Part shown: piece by piece, positions 34,421 to 40,892 of the stretch
Layout: each line of letters opens with the position of its first letter
Numbering within the stretch: the stretch's first letter is position 1
Source: Octopus bimaculoides
Taxonomy: Eukaryota
Reading direction: 5' to 3'
Assembly: GCF_001194135.2 (NCBI RefSeq)
Contig: NC_068989.1
Span: forward strand, 31,729,635 to 31,770,526
Length of the DNA stretch: 40,892 nt
Position numbers and translations under genes: made by a program
The notes under the pieces: generated by a model
Seen by the model: the letters and a program-made list of their open reading frames with translations, nothing else
Told to the model about the DNA's origin: nothing
Database searches by the model: none

Positions 34421-35379
34421 CCCTTGTAAGTATATTTGTATATATACTAGCAGACATACCTGGCATTGCTTGGGATTTAAATGGCACAGTTAAGTTGAAA
34501 CATATGATATGGGGAAGTGCAGCATTGACAACAAAATATCTGTGGAGCAAATGAAGGGCTAATTCGACTAAGTGATATGTCATGCATCTGTTTGGAAGAT
34601 TCCAGTTCCTAACCTTGTCATGGAAAAGTGGGTGGGGAGTATGTTATTTTTGAACACATCAAAAAGCTCTCAGTGGATATACTCTCCTTTGTGGCTGTCG
34701 GCAGTACCGCTACCATGCTGAACAATCAGCAGACACAAGAACTACATCTATGTGATAAATTAAGCCTGTGGGCAAGCTCAACAGCACCACATGAGAGAAA
34801 TCTACATGAAAGAAATGATGTGGTAAGAGGGGTGCAGATTGGCAAGGAAGCGCTTGAAAACAACACTGTCATACAATATTTCAGTTTGGAATCAACAGTC
34901 GTGGCTCAACAGTCCACTCCTTCACGTAAACAGCATGCGACCATTGTAAGGACAACTCAGCTCTCAAACGAAAACAATTCTGCATGCAGTGTCCTGGCAC
35001 ACAAGGTCACATTAAGGACACAGTCTTTAACTAACGTGGTTGGGTCTTAGACACCATAAATTAGTAGGTTAATGTACATGCAATATTTTGGTCCGTATTC
35101 AATAGCTGAAGAATATTTGTATGGGCTTCATCTATGCTTAGAAAGAAAACTTTGATACTGAAGCTAAAAGAAAATAGCTGAATAGTTACTCAGGATTTAA
35201 CATATTTTAGCATATTTTTCATAATAAACATAGTGCATTCTAAATGATTTTTATTCAAACAAATTGCTACCTATGGTACTACGGGAACAGGCAATAATTG
35301 CTACCACTTAGACAATGCAGTCTGAAGTCGACATTGATTCATTCATTTAATACAACCTACTTAAATCATTTCAGTAGCT

Positions 35380-35700
35380 GTTTTTACCAGTTTGAACAGA
35401 AGCAATGAGTAAACCTTGTGGGTAGTCCTGATAACACACTGTCCTTGACTTTGTCCAGCATGTGCTGAAATTGTTAATGCAGCATTCCTGGTCAGGCGAA
35501 TACTACACTGCTCATCACTTTCCATTGCTCTCACAGTAGCTGTACATGCAGCATTTAGTGATTGTCTCCTTGAAGTCTCATGCTCTCCTTTTTTTCAATT
35601 CATTCGCTCTCCTTCTTTTCAATTTATTTGCTCCCCTTCTTTTCAATTTCTCTGCTACCACTGTTTTTCGACCAATGGAGGATCTCTTCTTTGGAGACAT
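35380..35700 (-). pseudogene. Possible Helitron Rep/Hel N-terminal remnant
   Basis: ATG at 35700: MSPKKRSSIGRKT..KLKRR(G/R)A repeats. After a frameshift: ETSRRQSLNAACTATVRAMESDEQCSIRLTRNAA. This resembles the basic, charged N-termini of animal Helitrons by recollection only. Confidence 0.4.
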
Positions 35701-36108
35701 TATATCAAGAAATATGATGTAATAAACTAAGATAACAACTGTACGTTAATAACGAAATGTCAATAAAAAAGGGTAAATAATATCAATATCTTAGCAAGTT
35801 TAAAGAAATACATACAATGAATTGAGACAATACTTATGTTAATAAGTAAATGTCTATAACAAACTTAAATTAATATTGATATTTCAAGAAGATGAAAAAT
35901 GTTCAATAGAAAAAGTTTTACCAAGTAACATGCCTAAGTGGATTAATTGTGTTGGATGTAAAAGAGACAACCAATTTCTGAGAGTTACTTCACAAAGAGT
36001 TACCTCTCTTCTCCACAATAGTTGTACATACCCCAGGAAAGGGGGTTTCTGCCCCCAGAGGACCCATTACTCATTATATGAAAAATTTTAAGAGTCTAAA
36101 ACCATCTC

Positions 36109-36575
36109 TAAAAAGCAGTAAAAATATCACAAAAACTGTTACTCAGTTTCACGCTGCCGTTCATCGGATAGTTTTGTTTAGAATGGAACAAAAACAGGGT
36201 TATATGAATAAATAGTTTGATAGATAAACATTTTAAAATGGTTTTGTTTCATTGGTCCTTTCAACTAACAATCTTTTCAATAAAAAGTTGCATGCAATAA
36301 CAAATTGCAGTTTAAAATCATATTATTATAAAAATTGAAGAAAACCTTAAATCAAAATTAGCTTATAAAGAAGGAAAAGGCCTAAATACCCAGAGTAAAT
36401 AATTAGCTGTAAAATATTAATAAATTAAAAGATATATCTGTTTAAAAAAAATTTTCACGCTAGATTACATATACATTCAGCAGTATATACATGTACCAAA
36501 CAATCTATAATATACATATAAACACTAAACATACACATGCATGAACATGGTTACATACATATACAGACATATATA
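36109..36575 (-). repeat. 3' pseudo-LTR of the Penelope-like element
   Basis: Aligns by eye with 39767-40225 (AAAAGCAG.AAAAATATCACAAAAACTGTTACTCAG .. CAAACAATCTATAA.ATACATATA). Confidence 0.9.
36132..36175 (-). ncRNA. Minimal type I hammerhead ribozyme motif (copy A)
   Basis: Minus strand: AAAACUAU CCGAUGA ACG-GCAG-CGU GAAA CUGAG UA ACAGUUUU. Stem I 7/8 bp, stem II 3 bp, core with U4C, GUA cleavage triplet. Confidence 0.75.
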
Positions 36576-36849
36576 GGCAAGACATAAATATATACAAATG
36601 CATATATATGTGTATGCATGCACACACACACACATGCGCACAAAATCTCCTGGCATATGCGTATACAAGTTAGATGTTACAGGCGAAAGAAAGAGAAGGA
36701 AAAAATCAGATAATAATAATTTAAAAAAAACAGTGGAAAAGAAGATAAAGAAATAAAAGAAAGAGAAACAGAAAATTAGAGAGAGAAAGGGAAAAAATAG
36801 ATAAGGGTAGAGAGTGTAAAATGATGGAGTTCATAAAATATCTAAAGAA

Positions 36850-37056
36850 GGTTAGATACTTTGTTTAGCTTTCGAAATGAACATATATAAAAATGCACAC
36901 ATAAAATTACATGTATATCTACATAAATACAAACATACATACAAATACATACACATGTAGATATGCAAACAAATATACAAAAAATATGTATGCAAATACA
37001 TGCCCACATACATAAAAGTATATACACACATACAAACACATATATATGTATGTATG

Positions 37057-37096
<40 letters not shown>

Positions 37097-37230
37097 TATA
37101 CACACATATATATATACATACACACATATATACATATACATACACATACCTACAATACATACATACACATAAATATATAGAGATATATCTTCACATTTAG
37201 ATAAATATATACATCATAACATATATACGC
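36850..37230. repeat. Compound (TA)/(CA)/(TACA) microsatellite region
   Basis: Low-complexity runs. The ORFs over it are artefacts. Confidence 0.9.
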
Positions 37231-37519
37231 AAACAATTTAAAACAGGACTGTCTGTTATATATAATATTAAAATGTTAAAATAAGGAAATTGCACATTAA
37301 TTAGATATAACATAATTAAATGCGTGAGTAAACATTAAAAATAAACCTCAGCAAAGTTTAATCTTAAATTTGTAAAACAGTCGAAGGCTTTCTTAAAAGT
37401 GAAGTCGAAATATGCACTAACATTGTAATGCAAAATAATTATAATGTGTAAAGTCAAATTCAAATGTGACAGTCAAAATTTTCCGAAAGTCAAAACATTT
37501 TACCCATACGATATTTTAT

Positions 37520-39617
37520 CGGTTGACATTTTAAACATCGCAGCATGCCTGTAGGAATTTAAGAGCTCGCATCTCTGGTTCAAAGCATGTTTATCCTGGA
37601 ACAGGATGAAGAACTTTTCTGAGAGGCAAAGATTACATTTTACAGGTCTTTTATAAGCTCCATGTCTGTATGATGATGCTTTTTTCTAGAATGTTCTAGG
37701 TTACATTGAAAGGACGGGTGTCATTCTCCTTCAGTTCTCAGACATGCTTTGCAAGACTAGTTGCTGTCCTATTCTCGGGGTATCAGAAAGAATTTCAGTG
37801 GGAATAGAATTGAGTCTTGAATGAATTTTCTGAAGCCCCTGTATATGTTTTATATTCTTGTGAGCTATCTACTTGCACTTTGGCTCTATAAACAGTTCCT
37901 TTTTCAAGACATTTACCTTCCAATGGACAGCCAAATCTTATCTTTGAAGTTGCAGTTCCTCAGATTAGATTTTGCACTGTAGTTGTTTGTAATAATTTTT
38001 GTGTTATCTTGGTTAATAAAAGAGGTGAAGTTTTTGTAAGAAGAATAGCTAACCTTCAGTGTTCTATGAAATATTCTATAGAACTTATGGCTAGATTGAA
38101 AATGTTTCGAAACTAATTTTAAGAATTCCCTACCTATATTAGTTTTTACGGCAATATTAAATGCGGGGTTAAACCACAAAACTTTCCTAGTTCTAGTTCT
38201 ATGTGGTCTATTATTGTTAGAATTAACTTGACTATACTGGATCTTCTCCGAGAATCCACTTTTCCTTAATGCATTATTGTAATATAGCACAGCATGTTGA
38301 ACTGCTGTCTTATCTGAAGAAATTGATGATATTCACCTTCCTACATTACTAACTAGGTTCTTAAGAATTACGGGTGGATGATTAGATTCTTTGCTAATAT
38401 AACATAGCTTTTCATTTGGCTTACAGTAGAGTTTAAATTTATCAAATTGCAAATCTAAGTAGATATCTAAAAAACCTACGTTATTAAGGTTACTTTCTAT
38501 CGTAATCCGTAAGCCCATTCTTTGGAAGAAAGTAATCAGATTCTTCCTAAGTTTACCTAACTCATGACCATTTAAATTATGAGTGACTATAAGACCATCA
38601 TCCCTGTATAATCTTGCATCTATAAAAGGGAATTCTAGATGCAGATTATGCAAAATATAAGTTCCTATAAGCATACACAAGTCCACCCCACCATATGCCC
38701 CCATTGGTACATCGGAAAGAGAATCCTTACACTTTTTGGCCCATGTGGAATCATCATAAAAAAGAAGGGATTTCCTTGCATACAGGATATCTATTTCCAA
38801 GCTATCAATAGTGACATACTGCTTGGTGAAGTCTAATGCTTTTAGAAGCAAAGGCCTAGATATTGATGGGTAAAAATCGACAATATCAAACTGTGAAAAT
38901 TTGCAGTTATGTTTATGGCTAATCCCTTTAAACCAATCTATCACTGATTTGCTATTTTACAAATCTATAAATTTAATTCATTATTCAACTTGCTTAAAAT
39001 ATGATCTAAAATATATTTGCTAATAATACCTATTTCAGTTTTAGCTGGGTTAATTCGTCTACATTTAGGGTTTCTATTAAAATTAGCTTTGTGGTCTTTT
39101 AGGGTAATAAAGGGTTGGCATAAGGGGGGATGTATTCTATCCTATCACTAACTTTAAGGTTGTTAGCAATTCTTCTTGCTTCCAAATTTGCCTCTTTATA
39201 TAAATTTGTGTTATCTTTCTTGTAGGTGTCTGTAATGCTGTTTGAATGTAGATGTTTATAAACATCTTTGTCAACTGCGTATAAGTTTTTTGTCTTGTCG
39301 GAGTTTACGAAGATCTTATCTGAGTTCTTTATGTCTCTAATTTTTTCCTTCATATCTTTCTGGAGTTGGTTGTTGAATTTGCAGAATTTAACTTTTCTAA
39401 TAAGCCCGAAAAGGTCTTTTTCAAAGGTTTCCAATTCCGAGATAGGTGGTGGATTTTTGGAAGATTTAAGTCCTTATTCGTTTTCATTAGATTTCTGCTT
39501 TGTATCAAAGAAGACGGCTTTCCGTCTCATTCTTCAAAGAAACTCCTCTATTTCTGCAATAAGACTCTTGAGGTATGGGTATATTTTTTAGAGAAAGATC
39601 CAATGGGTAAGTTCCAT
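37520..39617 (-). pseudogene. Penelope-like RT and GIY-YIG endonuclease ORF with stops and frameshifts
   Basis: ATG at 39617, then LKNIPIP..FEKDL..NSDKT..FDIVDFYPSI..VPMG..LYRDDGL..FLDIYLDL..LWFNP.FN..CPLEGKC..TVYRAKV..YTGASENSFKT..CNLCLSEKFFIL. Confidence 0.88.
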
Positions 39618-39709
39618 TTCTTTCAGCTGTTTCTTCTTCCTACTTGTGGAAAGTCACCCAAACTTTCTAAAAAAGGAGCAGGTTACACCAGAGTAAGCAC
39701 ATAAATGCA

Positions 39710-40222
39710 AAACAAGGTGGAAAAAAAATAGTACTTGAATACCAGAGGCAGAATAATATGCTTTATTAAAAAGCAGCAAAAATATCACAAAAACTGTTAC
39801 TCAGAGTTTCATGTTTCCATTTGTCAAACAGTTTTGTTTAGAATGGAACTAAAATAAGGTTATATTTATAAATATACAATTAGTTTGATAGATACACATT
39901 TGAAAATGGTTTTGTTTCATTGGACCAATTAACTAACAGTCTTTTCATGCAATAACAAATTGTGGTTTAAAATCATATTGTTATAAAAATCGAAGAAAAC
40001 CTTAAATCAAAATTAGCTTATAAAGAAGGAAAAGGCCTGACTACCCAGGGTAAATAATTAGCTGTAAAATATTAATAAATTAAAAGATATATCCATTTAA
40101 AAAACTTTTCACACTAGATTACATATACATTTAGCAGTATATACAAGTACCAAACAATCTATAACATACATATATAGGTTAAACATAGAGATGCAGGTAC
40201 ATGGCTACATACATATACATAC

Positions 40223-40225
<3 letters not shown>
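39710..40225 (-). repeat. 5' pseudo-LTR / 5' region of the Penelope-like element
   Basis: Direct repeat partner of 36109-36575. It begins in a (TA)n tract and ends about 90 nt upstream of the ATG. Confidence 0.85.
39790..39835 (-). ncRNA. Minimal type I hammerhead ribozyme motif (copy B)
   Basis: Minus strand: AAAACUGU UUGACAA AUG-GAAA-CAU GAAA CUCUGAG UA ACAGUUUU. Perfect 8-bp stem I, 3-bp stem II with GAAA loop, near-palindromic stem III. Confidence 0.78.
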
Positions 40226-40261
<36 letters not shown>

Positions 40262-40738
40262 ATACAGAATGGGACAAGAACGCAAAACATCCAGACAGTT
40301 AGGTGATACAAGGAAGGGACAAAACATCCAGATAGATGATACAAAGAAAACACGGACAGGTCATTCAGAGTTTTCTTTCCTCAGTCGAGATCCAGATTAT
40401 CCTTGCAATTTCGGCTGGTTATTCTCGATATTGTTCCAATCTGGCCAGCCCCAAGGAAAAACTAAGCTAAGAGCATTAGATTCCTTGGAAGAAAGCAGAG
40501 AATGTATACAAAAACAGGGATGGAAAAAAAACGAACAATGTTACACAAATACAATAAAAATAACGGGACATAACAACAGATGTCTTTCGACTAAGAACGA
40601 ATTAAATTAAGCTGGCATGTGCGGAAATAAGGCCTTATGGCAGGGATACAAGATTTCACAGGCACAGGGAGGAATAACGATGTTGCACAGATAGATATAT
40701 AGATATAATGTGTGTATGTATATCATCATCGTTTAACG

Positions 40739-40741
<3 letters not shown>

Positions 40742-40786
<45 letters not shown>

Positions 40787-40800
40787 CGTGCGTGCGTGTG
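40742..40800. repeat. (TG)n(TGCG)n microsatellite
   Basis: Directly visible. Confidence 0.95.
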
Positions 40801-40892
40801 TTTATCCCCTGCCACCACTTGACAATGCATGCTGATGTGTTTATGTCTCCTTAACTTACCAGTTTGGCAAAAGACACTAATAGAATAAGTAC
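40801..40892 (-). mobile_element. SINE fragment running off the window end
   Basis: CCACCACTTGACAA..GTGTTTATGTC..TAACTTA..GGCAAAAGAC..ATAGAATAAGTAC resembles a common octopus SINE as I recall it. Confidence 0.5.

Larger units (their letters stand above)
36109..40225 (-). mobile_element. Penelope-like element (RT plus C-terminal GIY-YIG) with ~460-bp direct pseudo-LTRs
   Basis: A decayed single ORF lies between direct repeats 36109-36575 and 39767-40225, each containing a hammerhead-like motif. Confidence 0.88.

Noticed and set aside
34628-35050. 140-aa plus-strand ORF
   Set aside because: No recognisable domain or splice context, and antisense to the host gene. Other frames faintly resemble a decayed LINE C-terminus, too weakly to call.
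36842-37172. Several Y/I/C/V-rich ORFs
   Set aside because: They are microsatellite translations.
1-40892. Orientation bias of retroelements against the GOLGA4 strand
   Set aside because: About 7 antisense versus 4 sense RTE-type insertions, too few to support a bias.
25000-40892. GOLGA4 first coding exon (MFKKLK-like)
   Set aside because: I scanned minus-strand ATGTT(T/C) sites by eye and none gave a matching peptide with a donor site, so it is not reported.

Overview
AT-rich, repeat-dense eukaryotic DNA with three N-gaps. The SINE and RTE families look like those I recall from octopus, so a cephalopod origin is an inference. The only host gene I can support is a minus-strand golgin-245 (GOLGA4) orthologue. 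Five coding exons (24850-24632, 23979-23683, 15810-15763, 13438-13283, 3658-3539) have GT-AG boundaries, are all phase 0, and join into 280 uninterrupted codons. The ATG exon and the downstream exons were not found and probably lie outside the window. The rest is mostly decayed transposons: RTE LINEs, a complete Ty3/Gypsy provirus, mariner remnants, two Chapaev3-like transposase copies, MITEs, SINEs, a possible Helitron N-terminus and a Penelope-like element. Main observations: (1) the Penelope-like element has ~460-bp direct repeats, each holding a minimal type I hammerhead ribozyme, one with a U3-A8 core covariation; (2) a C4HC3 PHD finger sits inside the RT domain of one RTE family; (3) an RTE is nested in an RTE of the same family with an exactly rejoinable ORF; (4) an 88-bp fold-back duplication lies in the Gypsy RNase H; (5) a MITE is inserted at +6/+7 of a GOLGA4 splice donor. 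All alignments and folds were done by eye; no searches were run.
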